NCBI GenBank assembly: GCA_964016885.1
Contig: OZ024747.1
Coordinates: 23,684,001-23,748,000 of the forward strand
DNA: 64,000 bases
Origin: Eledone cirrhosa
Taxonomy: Eukaryota
Reading direction: 5' to 3'
Shown: positions 1-20,999 of the stretch, in pieces
How the letters are laid out: each line of letters starts with the position of its first letter
Numbering within the stretch: the stretch's first letter is position 1
Translations under genes and position numbers: made by a program
Notes under the pieces: generated by a model
Databases searched by the model: none
Seen by the model: the letters and a program-made list of their open reading frames with translations, nothing else
What the model was told of the DNA's origin: nothing

Positions 1-1092
1 GAGATTTCAGAAATGATTCAGAAAATATATGATTCCTATAAACTTGATTCTTCTGGATCTTATCACATGATTGCAAATGTAGCTCTGTGTAGTACTTGCA
101 GCCCATCTTCATCTGTCCCTGTTCACAGAAAGTTTGATGTTACTGTAGTAACTCAGACATCACTCAGTAACTTACACTATATTGTCAAATTAGCAAATCA
201 ATGGGCAGGTCCAGTATCTGTGACCATTTTTGCATTTGACAATTACATTGTTACAGCTCTGTTGGCAATTGCAGCTTTGCGGAAATGTAATCCAATTGTT
301 TTAGAAATGGTATCATTCCATCTTGTCTATCCTTTGCAAAGATATCCAAAGAATCTTCACAACAATTATGACACCTCAATTGTATCTTGTGAAGATTTAC
401 CTAATATATTTACTTCAAATGTTCCAAATTATAGCTTTGATAATATTCAATATCCTCATAATGTTCTAAGAAATTTTGCCATCAAGAATTCCAGAACTGA
501 ATATATTTTTATGGTTGACATTGATATGCTTCCTTCCCCTGGACTAAGAAACAACTTTTCTGAATTCATTAAAGTTGCAGATACATTTTTGCCAAATTTA
601 ACAGCTTTTGTTGTGCCAAGTTTTGAGTCAGAATTAAATGTCTCAATACCTGTTGACAAGAAAGACCTTCTGAAAAAATGGGATAATCAACAGATTCGTC
701 CCTTTTATTATGAAGTCTGTTGGAAATGTCAGCAACATACAGACTATGAAACCTGGAGAGAAATTGATGGGTCTTATATGAAAGTAGCCTACAACATCCC
801 TTGGAAAGACCCCTGGGAGCCATTTTTTATTACTCGACATTTTATGCCACTTTATGATGAACGATTTAAACAATATGGTTTTAACCGAATTAGTAATGTC
901 TGTGAGTTACATGTTGCTGGATATACATTTAAGGTTTTGAGTAATGCATTTATTGTTCATCAAGGATTAAAAACAGCCACAAACTTCCACAGTAACAAAG
1001 TTAAAGAGTTGAATCAAAATCGCATGTTATTTCGAAAATTTAAAGAAGAACTGAAGACAAAATACCCATATTCAATGAAAAGATGTTATTAA
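1..1092 (+). CDS. B4GAT1: Beta-1,4-glucuronyltransferase 1 (GT49 family), C-terminal coding exon; frame is open from base 1, so the start lies upstream of the window
   Basis: Uninterrupted frame 1-1092 ending TAA. GT49/B4GAT1 motifs: DVTVVTQTS, WAGPVSVTIF, YPHNVLRN, DxD motif FMVDIDM, AFVVPSFE, WEPFFI, YDERFKQYGFNRISNVCELHVAGY. No signal anchor within the window. Confidence 0.88.
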   Translation, partial: EISEMIQKIYDSYKLDSSGSYHMIANVALCSTCSPSSSVPVHRKFDVTVVTQTSLSNLHYIVKLANQWAGPVSVTIFAFDNYIVTALLAIAALRKCNPIVLEMVSFHLVYPLQRYPKNLHNNYDTSIVSCEDLPNIFTSNVPNYSFDNIQYPHNVLRNFAIKNSRTEYIFMVDIDMLPSPGLRNNFSEFIKVADTFLPNLTAFVVPSFESELNVSIPVDKKDLLKKWDNQQIRPFYYEVCWKCQQHTDYETWREIDGSYMKVAYNIPWKDPWEPFFITRHFMPLYDERFKQYGFNRISNVCELHVAGYTFKVLSNAFIVHQGLKTATNFHSNKVKELNQNRMLFRKFKEELKTKYPYSMKRCY

Positions 1093-1446
1093 TCTGATAA
1101 TATTAATGTAATATTTATATATAATGATACAAGTGTGTGTGTATGTGTGTGTGTGTGTGCATGCTGTTAGATTAATATCAGTCTATTAGTTACTATTACA
1201 ATGACTCTACATCTCGTTATAAATATGCTCGTTTATATCTGAAATTAGTGCACTGGTAAAGCTTTCAAGTAGCAACCACAAGTTAGTCATTTCAAGTTCT
1301 CTTCACGCTCACTGCTTGACTTTTGGGCAGTAATTGGAGGCTGAAACTGGTAGGCAGATGAAGTAAGATGCTCTCAAACCTTATTAGTTTATACTGATAT
1401 CTGTTCAGTTAAAAACATGTGAACATAAAACTAAGTGAGATTTTAA

Positions 1447-1848
1447 CTCTTAATGTCCTGTACTGCATGAAACAGCATTAGCAAAACATTCTTTAAAAAA
1501 AAAGCACTATAACTGTATCACATTAAAGATTGAAATCTTTACAGTAATACTGCAAATTTTCACAACGATTTGTCCAATCTGTAAATACACCATCTGAATT
1601 AACAAATCACATAAAATCACTTTAGCAAGTCATTCTTAAAAATACAAACAGCATTATGATTGCATCACTTTAAAAATTGAAATCTTTATGCTAATACTGC
1701 AAATTTTCACAACGATCTGTCAGACAGTAAAGATACTATAAATTGCTGTTAATGTATCTTTACTATTTAACAGTAAAAATACTATAAATTAACAGACCTC
1801 ATTTTTTTTTTAGCTATTCTCTGTTAATTTGTCATAGGATGTTAAGAG
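1447..1848. mobile_element. Non-autonomous TTAA-targeting MITE (piggyBac-like) downstream of the B4GAT1 stop
   Basis: TTAA|CTCTTAATGTCCTG ... TAGGATGTTAAGAG|TTAA termini with an internal ~150-bp duplication. A shorter copy of the same family lies at 56947-57166. Confidence 0.7.
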
Positions 1849-2442
1849 TTAAACAGTTCATTTATATTTTATGAAACTGAATATTTTGAGCAAGTTATCT
1901 ATCTAAAAATGCAGCTCTTTATGAATTGATTTTGTCAAGAATAAGCTGTGATATAAATGAATAGAACTTTGGAAAAGCGCATCAATGTCTATCCAGGGTA
2001 GAATAAAGGGTTTATTAACAAAGATAGTTTTTGTACATGACCCCTAATTGTTACATGTGTGTCTCCTCCTTCCAAAATTTACCTCAATTTTATATGTTCT
2101 TGATGCCTCTTTGTGTTCCTGTTATTGATTTACAAATCAAAATGTGTCCCTATTATTAACTAGTTCCTATTTCTATACATGCTACCTCTATGAAATAGTT
2201 AAATCACTTCCATCTATTAACAAAAGGTATAGGTAATTTTTATTAATAAATGTGAGGGCCTTTCTCAAACTCAACTCAGTATTATTGTTTTCTATTCAAA
2301 ACTTACCAGATCACTGAGTGTTTGAGTTGGAATTTTATATGGCTCATGAATTAAGTACACCTTACTTTTAGAAATAAGGCAGTTGAGTTGTTAGAACATA
2401 TTTGTTCTTGGTCTCTGTTCAAATTTCTGGCCTTGTGGCAAT

Positions 2443-2850
2443 CATCATCATCATTGTCTAACGTCTATCTTCCACACTAGCATGGGTTAGACAGGTTTGT
2501 CCCACTTGAGGCAAGTTGAGTTGGGTGACCGTGTCTCGTTCGTATAGGACTGTTTCTGGCTGGTTTTCTACCGTCGGATGCCTTTCCTAGCGCCAACCAC
2601 ATTTACAGTGTGCGCTTTTTACCGTGTCTCCTTCATGACCACTTTACAGTGTGGACTGGGTGCTTTTTGTCATGACACCTACATGACCACTTTAGTGTGA
2701 GCTGGATGTTGTGTTACCAACATAACTTTACAGAAAAAGGGTGGCGTGAGAGGATAATTTGTGGGGAGTGGAGTGGGATGTATATTGGGTTAAGAGGTGC
2801 CTACTGACTAGGTTAAAGTTCGTACATAAGGGAAGGCAGGTCTTCTGCCA
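2443..2850 (-). mobile_element. 5'-truncated RTE LINE 3' end (3'UTR plus (GAT)n tail)
   Basis: Same sequence as the 3'UTR attached to the RTE ORF at 40187-40672. Further copies at about 11060-11455(+), 16785-17160(-), 23241-23480(-), 37403-37610(-), 48906-49170(-). Confidence 0.7.
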
Positions 2851-3370
2851 ATGTGATAAATAATTATTATTTTCATTATTACATTTTTTTGTAGGGCAGT
2901 AGATTTGTACAGAGCATCAGACAAATTCTTAGCAGTATTTATTCCGCTCTTTATGTTCTGAGTTCAAATACAACTGAGATCAACTTTGCCTTTCATTCTT
3001 CTGAGGTTGATAAAACAAAGTACCGGTCAAGTATTGAGGTCGGTATTTTGTATTTTGAATTGTATTGTAAGATCTTGTATCATTGGGGTAGTGATATTGT
3101 TCTTCTTGTCATTGTTATTGATTTTCCGGAGGGTTTTCCCTATGCTATTGTTTGTGTTATTTCGGCAGTGTCTGGAGATGTGAATTTCAAAGACAAACCG
3201 ATTGAGCTGTTTCATCTATCGGTTCAAGGTTGTTTCAATAACACTTTTACATAGCATTTGTACAATGTTTAGTAGCACTGTGACCCTGTATTTTTGTTTG
3301 TTTGTTTGTATATATATATATATATATACAATATTAAATAAATGGAAAACTATATTTATAAAACCATATT

Positions 3371-3436
3371 TATTTCATTATATATATTTCGGGGATATCA
3401 TATTAACAATATGCTATGCCTTCATCAGACAAAATA
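3371..3436 (-). ncRNA. Identical hammerhead ribozyme on the minus strand (inverted pseudo-LTR copy)
   Basis: Exact reverse complement of 6685-6750. Confidence 0.8.
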
Positions 3437-4013
3437 CAATATAAACAGTTTTATAGATAAATATATTCGACATACCGTAATAAACATCGACTTCATTTGA
3501 AGAGGTTTACGCTAGCAGTGAAAATACAGAGAGAAAGAAAGAGAGAAAAAAAAAAGGGAGAAAAAACGAAGAAAAGGAAGAAAAAGAAGAAATGCATGGA
3601 ACAAAATAGAGAGATGGAAAAATAGATAAAGCGAAGAGCTTCATGTAAAGAAACAGAAAGATATATATATATATATAGAGAGAGAGGAAATAGAGATAGA
3701 TACATATATATATATAGAAAATTAGGTAGTGGGAGGTCATTTTGAGTAAGTGTATCAATGATACATTTATTTATTTATTTATTTATTTAGCTCAAGTATT
3801 AATGTAAGGGAGATATATAGAGAGATGTAGAGAGATATAGAGAGAGAAAAAAAAAAAAAATAGCCAGACATATTTGAGGCGTAGAAAACCCTATGTTTTA
3901 ATGTATTAGTATTTATAAAACTTACACTATATTGTAAATATCAGTATTCCTGAATGAAACAAGTATCCATAATGTGTGAAAATTCATTATCTTATGTTTA
4001 GTTTTAAAAAAAA

Positions 4014-5232
4014 CTCAGCTCAGGTAACTGACCTTGTGGGCTTATTTTTAATCAATTCGCTACATAGGAAAATACCTGGTACTACCGGAGGTTTATATAG
4101 GGATGACATGCTTTTACTTATTAATAATAATAACCCTGAACTAAATAGAAAATGTAAACAAATTACAAAATTTTTTAATTACTTTAACCTTAAAATAGAA
4201 ATTGAGAACAACCATAGAATAGTCAATTTCCTAGATATAACATTAAATTTCAACACATGTCTCCACTATCCTTTTCACAAGTTGAATGAAAACTTAAACT
4301 ATGTCAACTTTAACTCTAACCACCCCAGATCAGTCCAAAAACGTATCTCTAGGATCTCATCGAATAGAAAGATTTTTGACGAAAAGGCCCAGTACTATAA
4401 TGATGCACTAGCTAGGGCAGGGTATGCTGATAAGATTGTGTACATAGATAATGATAGACAAACTAAACAAAGTAACAACTTTTTTAATTACGGCAACAAC
4501 GTTAACAACTATAATAGAAAGCATTACAATAATTCCAAAGGACAAAAAAGAAATAGAACTAGGAACATAATTTGGTTTGCCCCCCCTTTCTCACTAAACA
4601 TTAAAACCCACATCGCTAAATTATTTTTCAAAGCTCTTGATAATCGCTTCCCTAGAACACATAGGTATCACTCAATCTTCAATAGGCATACAATTAAATT
4701 AACCTACTCATCCACCAAAAATTTAGCACAAAATATTAATAGAATAAATAATAGGAACTTAAAACCTACTGATAATAGCATAAATAATATACAAGTTAAC
4801 AAATGTAACTGTAGAGATAGATCTAAATGTCCGTTAAATAACAACTGCTTAGTTAAAAATATAGTATACAATTGTAATGTTAATACTGACTCTAATTCTT
4901 TTAACTACGTCGGTTCCACATCGACGGAATTTAAACTTCGCTATAATAACCACAAGAATTCTTTCACAGATCCAAATAAAAAATCTTCAACGGCACTATC
5001 AGGCGTACTCTGGCAACTTAAGCTAGATAACGTTAGATATTCGACGGCTTGGAATATAGTCTCAAGAGGGATTCCTTTTAATTCATCCTCTGAGACATGT
5101 GACCTCTGCGCAGAGGAGATATTCTTTATACTAAAATATAAATATTCCCTTAACCTACGGACAAATTTATTCAGTTGTTGCAAACATAGATTAAACTCAA
5201 CGTTTAAATATAAATTTAAATTTAAAATGTAG
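4014..5232 (+). pseudogene. Truncated Penelope-like polyprotein: RT C-terminal half (YRDD) + thumb + CxCx5C linker + GIY-YIG endonuclease
   Basis: QVTDLVGLFL...GLYRDDML...VNFLDITL...SNHP...RNIIWFAPPF...CNCRDRSKCPL...NIVYNCNV...YVGSTSTEFKLRYNNHKNSF...CDLCAEE...CCKH. The first 38 nt of the tracked ORF (3976-4013) belong to the inverted arm. Confidence 0.88.
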
Positions 5233-6684
5233 TATATTTAGTTTGATTTATATCTATATGAGAACTAGCCGATAAATTTTTTGATTCCCTCTTTTTACTC
5301 TTTTTTTATTGTTTATTTTATTTTATTTATTTTTATTTTTATCTAAACATTCCTCATGAAAAATTAAGCTACCCTAAAAGCCGATGCTCCAAATTTTTTG
5401 AATTAACCTTACACTAGATAAACTTCTATATTAAATATAGGAACATATGTAGACATAATTGGACATCATAATCTTTTTGAGATGTTCTTTGCTAGATGTG
5501 ATTTGATAGATAATTTTTGGCTTTGTCTTGTAATGAACTTGGCAATATATTGTCAATTAACTTTGAAGGGTTGTTCTTTGTGGTTTATTTTTATTTTTAT
5601 TTTTATTTTTATTTTTATTTTTATTCTTTTAGTATTGTAGTATTCTATAATATTTTTTATTTTTTATTTTTATTTTATTTTTAATATTTTTAATATCTTT
5701 AATATGTAAATTTTTAATACGTAATATTTTTTAATACGTAGTATTTTTAATATGCAATATTTTTATTATGTAATATTCTTTCGTAATATATTTTTTTAGT
5801 TTTCTATTCTATATTTTTACTTATTATTATCATTATTGTTATCTTTTTATTTTTAGTTTTGTTTATAATATAATATATATTTTTGATTGGTATATTGAAA
5901 TCTGCTCTCTATTTCTGCTTGATAGATAATCTTGTAGAGTAATCGCAAGAATTAATACGCTCAAATTTTTATACCACATTGAGAATGTTTTCCGGTAATT
6001 TAGAGTTTGCAGAGTGAATCAGTTGGATTCACATTGATGTTTGTAGCTGTCACATAAACATATGAATTTTTTTTAAAACTAAACATAAGATAATGAATTT
6101 TCACACATTATGGATACTTGTTTCATTCAGGAATACTGATGTTTACAATATAGTGTAAGTTTTATAAATACTAATACATTAAAACATAGGGTTTTCTACG
6201 CCTCGAATATGTCTGGCTATTTTTAAATTTTTTTTTTTTTTTTTTCTCTCTCTATATCTCTCTACATCTCTCTATATATCTCCCTTACATTAATACTTGA
6301 GCTAAATAAATAAATAAATAAATAAATGTATCATTGATACACTTACTCAAAATGACCTCCCACTACCTAATTTTCTATATATATATATGTATCTATCTCT
6401 ATTTCCTCTCTCTCTCTATATATATATATCTCTTTCTGTTTCTTTACATGAAGCTCTTCGCTTTATCTATTTTTCCATCTCTCTATTTTGTTCCATGCAT
6501 TTCTTCTTTTTCTTTTTCTTCTTTTTCTTCCTTTTCTTCGTTTTGTCTTTCTTTCTTTTTTCTCCCTTTTTTTTTCTCTCTTTCTTTCTCTCTGTATTTT
6601 CACTGCTAGCGTAAACCTCTTCAAATGAAGTCGATGTTTATTACGGTATGTCGAATATATTTATCTATAAAACTGTTTATATTG

Positions 6685-6750
6685 TATTTTGTCTGATGAA
6701 GGCATAGCATATTGTTAATATGATATCCCCGAAATATATATAATGAAATA
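6685..6750 (+). ncRNA. Minimal type I hammerhead ribozyme in the pseudo-LTR
   Basis: Stem I UAUUUUGU/AUGAAAUA (8 bp, 2 G-U). Core CUGAUGA at 6693-6699. Stem II GG..CAUAUU/AAUAUG..CC. GAAA at 6731-6734. Palindromic stem III AUAUAUAT. Predicted cleavage after AUA at 6742. Confidence 0.8.
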
Positions 6751-7114
6751 AATATGGTTTTATAAATATAGTTTTCCATTTATTTAATATTGTAAATATA
6801 CTCCAAATATTTGTCGAGTGCTTTTATATCAGTTATAAATATTTACTAGTTGTAACCCAACAATTTTAAATATAACTTTACATGTATATATATATATATA
6901 TATATATTTGTATGTATGCTTCTTATCATTCCTCAGATACGGTTTTCTTTTTTTTTGGGGGGGGGGGATAATAATATCTACTATTATATTAAAATACTTC
7001 AACAAATTTGGGATCAATAAACTATGTATGAGTTAAATACTGACATTAATTTAATCACCTTTGCCATTCTGCCAAACTTATGGCTTGTACAAATGTCAGT
7101 AATTATTATTATTA

Positions 7115-8130
7115 TTAAATCTCGCCAAGGTTAACTTTGCCTTTCATCTTTATGGGGCCAATAAAATAAAGCACCAGTAATGCACAGGGTAATTGCTGGC
7201 CTTGTACCAAAAGTAGAAACAATTATTATTATTATTCTATGAATAGGCGGTGGATTGGCAGTATTGGTAGAGTGTCGGATGCCATGCTTTGACGCATAGA
7301 GTTACGGCCCTTGCCATTCTGAGTTCAAATCCCGCCGAGGTTAACTTTGCCTTTCATCCTTACAGGATCGATAAAATAAAGTACCAGTAATACACTGGGT
7401 AATTGCTGGCCTTGTACCTAATGTAGAAACAATTATTATTCTAAGGCGGTGGATTGGCAGTATCGGTAGAGGGTCGGACGCCATGCTTTCCAACATAGTT
7501 ATGTCCCTTTACGATCCGAGTTCAAATCCCGCCGAGGTTAACTTTGCCTTTCATCCTTACGGGGGTCGATAAAATAAAGTACTAGTAATACACTGGGTAA
7601 TTGCTGGCCTTGTGCCTAACATAGAAACAATTATTATTCTATGAATTGGCAGGTCAACTTGCCTTTCATACTTCTGGAGTCGATAAAATAAAGTATTTGC
7701 CAAGTATTGGGATCAATATAATCAACTGTTCCTTTCCTCCAAATTACTGACCTTGTGCCACAATTAGAAAGTTAGAAAGAATTATGAATTGGCAGTATCG
7801 CTAGACCATTGGACAAATGCTTAGCAGTGATTCTGAAGTTTACTCAGCTCTGACAAAATTTCTTTCAAGAATAAGGTAAAATACAAACAAACAACAATCA
7901 CTGTTACTGTTATTTTCTGTTCGGGTAGGGCGGTGGACAACATGCTTAGCAGCATAGAGTTACAGCCCTTTATGTTCTGAGTTCAAATCCGGCCAAGGTT
8001 AGCTTTGCCTTTCATCCTTATGGGATCAATAAAATAAAGTAACAGTAATGCACTGGGGTCAATTTAATCAACTTTCCTCTTCTCCCCAAATTGCTGGCCT
8101 TGTGCCTATAGTAGAAATCATTATTTTCTG
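7115..8130 (+). mobile_element. Cluster of about 5 head-to-tail tRNA-derived SINEs (Meta/MESC-like central domain)
   Basis: Units at about 7115-7230, 7245-7440, 7444-7640, 7650-7780, 7925-8130. B-box GAGTTCAAATCC (7321, 7518). Core GCCGAGGTTAACTTTGCCTTTCATCCTT..GTCGATAAAATAAAGTACCAGT and (ATT)n tails. Other copies at 2893, 22178, 24375, 25975, 28020, 42675, 60010, 60320. Confidence 0.8.
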
Positions 8131-9028
8131 TTAGGGTGATAAATTGACTATCAGTAGAGCATCGATAAAATGTTTTGTGGTATTTAGTTACTACTTATTA
8201 TTAGAGACAGTTGGTAGTAGGACAGATAAGCCATTCTAAAGTATCTATTTTTGAATGTATGGGTCTCAGTGTTAAGACTGCTTTTCATGCTTCTAAAGGA
8301 TAATAATATATATATTAGTAATACATTACATACAATCTTTTCCCTGAAAGAAACAGTCTGGTGATATTCTAAAAAGGAAATCCTTGTTATATGAAAATTG
8401 GAGTATGTGTATGTATATATATAATTTTAAATTATTTATTTCAAACTTATGATAAAAACCTTTACCCAATCACTACCAATACATATCTAAAGGATTCATG
8501 CTCACAATAAAAATACCTAAGTCTTGTTATTTTTCTTCTTCATCTACTTATTTGTAAGAAAGTTAGTGGGAAGGGACAGTGTCCTTAGACTTGGTAAAAC
8601 ACCTAGAGATGCAGCCTCGTAAGAGGCCAACTAAACTGACATAGGTGTGAGCTATAACGACAACAACGGGTTAGAATTGGGGCCCCTATTAAAACATGCA
8701 AGATACTTCATAAGAGGTCAGCTAAACCTATATAGATGTAAACTGTAAATTTCTTTTTCATTTCAAGTCAAAGAATCACCAAAGTTGATGTATGAAATAA
8801 TTTTGTGTTTGTACATAATTTTATTACAAGAAATACTGTTCGTTTTCAGCAGAAGAAAAACTGATTAAAATACCACAGAGCTAATGATAAATTGGCTTGT
8901 GTTTAACTATTCTTGTTGTTTATTCTCTTTCTTATTCAGAATATATTCAATTCAAATCAACTGTTGCTCTCCCACTTCTCAGTAAAGGTCTTTCCTTTCC
9001 TTTATCAGCTGATTAGTTACTGTGACAA

Positions 9029-19012
<9,984 letters not shown>

Positions 19013-19907
19013 TTTTACTTGGCTTCGTCGAGTTTTGTTTTCATTGACAACGGAAATAGTTTTCCCAGTTCCGGTCATGCGTATTACGTTTATACAAATT
19101 TTGGCTAATACTTCTTGGCGATCTTGATATTGACTAAAGTAAGATTTATTTCTCTCACTTTTCCTGTATATATGATTTTTTAAAATATGTTTACACCTGA
19201 AAAAGAAAAAGGAAATAAGTTTGATTTATTTGACTAATAGAGTTATAAAATTTAATGCAACTAAATATGATAATTTTCAGTTATTTTTGTTTGATTTCGG
19301 AGCGTACACGTGTTGTGGAAAATACGTCTACTAGCGAAAGTTGCCTTATTAATTTGTTTTTGTTGTGTGTATGTCTTTTTTTTATATTTAAAACCGAACA
19401 ACTTCTCGTTTTTAGCAACGTCAACAACTCATTAAGTTTTGTATAAAAGTTAAAATTTCGTATAAAATGCAAAAGCTACTTAATTGTATTTTGGACATGT
19501 GTGATCAGGAACCAACGTGGGAATCGTTATAGAGTCGCTCGACCTGCTAGAAATAACTAAAATCTTCCTCAAAGCACAATGTTGTCCTGGGATCGTTGTG
19601 TTTAAAGTATATATATATATATGATATGGTGTGGTTGTTTTTCGATCATAAATCTGTTCAGAAAAGTATATATATATATATAGTATGGTGTGGTAATTGG
19701 AAAATTTGATCATAAATTTGCTGGTTCAGGATGGACGTGGGGTTTTAAACAGCATGTGATGCATAATCTTTTTTTTTTTCCTACAAAAAATAACGAATTC
19801 GAAACATTTTTTTATTGACTTCATTAATATTGTTATATACCGAAGAAACGTATAAAAATGTGTTGATCTATACATTAAAAAACTATATTATATCAAAGTT
19901 GAGTCGT

Positions 19908-20240
19908 GGATGCAACATGGCTGAATGGCTAAGAGATTTGCTTCGCAATCATTGTGTCCCAGATTCAATCTTATTGCGTGTTACCTTGGGCAAGTGTCAT
20001 TTACCAATCTCGGATCAGCCAGTGCCTTGTGAGTGAAATTGGATCGGTGGAAACTTTTTAGATGGCCGTCGGCTGGACAGTACCTGTAATTCTAAGGACC
20101 AGCCTTGTCACACTGAACTGAATTTCCCTGAGAATTACGTTAAGGATACTTGTGTGGAACGCTCGGCCTCCAACACGTTAATTTCAGAATCAGGCAGTTC
20201 CGTTGATCGAATAACTAGGTTCATTTGCTCTGTCGAGTGG
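19908..20240 (+). mobile_element. tRNA-derived SINE with CORE-like segment
   Basis: Head TGGCTGAATGGCTAAGAG...GATTCAATC, then GTTACCTTGGGCAAGTGTC. The 3' part is shared with the SINEs at 57880-58196(+), 14690-14940(-) and 63010-63232(-). Confidence 0.6.
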
Positions 20241-20564
20241 GGTTTTTTTTTCAAGAGAGGTAAACGTCGGTTGGCTGAAGGTGGGAAGTATTTCAGAGAA
20301 GAATCGAATACTGGACAAGAAGAAATAGTTAGATCGTAGTTGATGAATTTAGAAGAGCTTAGAACATTAGCCCTTTCATTACTAGATTTTTAATGAAATA
20401 TTTGAATTATGTAATGAAGAATTTGTAGTGATTTTACTAAGATAATTAATTATGAAGTTGGTATTTGTAATATTATTTATCAAAAGGTCCTTATGTAAAA
20501 AAGAAGTTGTAAACAGTGTGAATGTTTTTGTTGTGCACCATCTATGAGTAAAGATGATGTAGTA

Positions 20565-20855
20565 CAGATGTGTGCAACAGGCGGCCCGGGGGCCACAATC
20601 CGGCCTGCCAGACCAGTCAGAGTGGCCTTCGATGACCGTTTTTTAATTTTTACCTTGTAGGCTTATTTAGAATTTTTTTCGTAACCGTAATACAATTTTC
20701 TTAACTGATAGTGTTATGTGTGTTATAATTTCCCAGTTCCATGTTATGGAAAGAAAGTGTGAATCTTTGGAATAGTGTTTAATAAATATTAATGGCCCTA
20801 ATAGTTGTTCCAATGTTCAGAAGTGGCAGCCAATAGAATATGTTGCACATCCCTA
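20565..20855. mobile_element. hAT-like MITE with 8-bp TSD
   Basis: TIRs CAGATGTGTGCAAC / GTTGCACATCCCTA, subterminal CGGCCC motifs, flanks ATGTAGTA / CTGTAGTA (7 of 8 match). Confidence 0.7.
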
Positions 20856-20999
20856 CTGTAGTATATTGTTTTACCAGTTGTAACAACACTGACAATTGAA
20901 ATTAACTTTCCACGAGAATGGTATATCAATTTGTAAGTTTTATGTAGCCTTAATAATGTACCTGCTTATTTGATTTTCTTTCAGGTGTATTAATAAATC

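Larger units (their letters stand above)
3327..6794 (+). mobile_element. Penelope-like retroelement (Naiad-like), 5'-truncated, with an inverted copy of its pseudo-LTR at the 5' end
   Basis: Long inverted repeat (3327-4013 vs 6067-6794) enclosing an ORF remnant with the RT C-terminal half and a GIY-YIG endonuclease. Each arm carries a hammerhead motif. Confidence 0.9.

Noticed and set aside
3027-3290. Minus-strand ORF-like sequence next to the PLE
   Set aside because: Possibly a decayed element, but no recognisable motif; cannot be supported.
4014-5232. Selenocysteine recoding reported for some Naiad elements
   Set aside because: No in-frame TGA in the retained frame, Cys motifs use TGT/TGC, and I could not identify a SECIS.
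3493-6614. Hydrophobic ORFs 3493-3705, 3507-3758, 6334-6609, 6387-6614
   Set aside because: Translations of CT/TA low-complexity sequence in the two inverted arms; no protein family features.
3327-6794. DNA transposon with 700-bp TIRs
   Set aside because: The internal ORF is RT plus GIY-YIG, the arms contain a hammerhead, and the left arm abuts a truncated RT. This is an inverted pseudo-LTR, not a transposase TIR.
7245-7340. tRNA genes suggested by A/B boxes (also 16051, 22178, 57880)
   Set aside because: No full cloverleaf, and each runs into a SINE body and tail.
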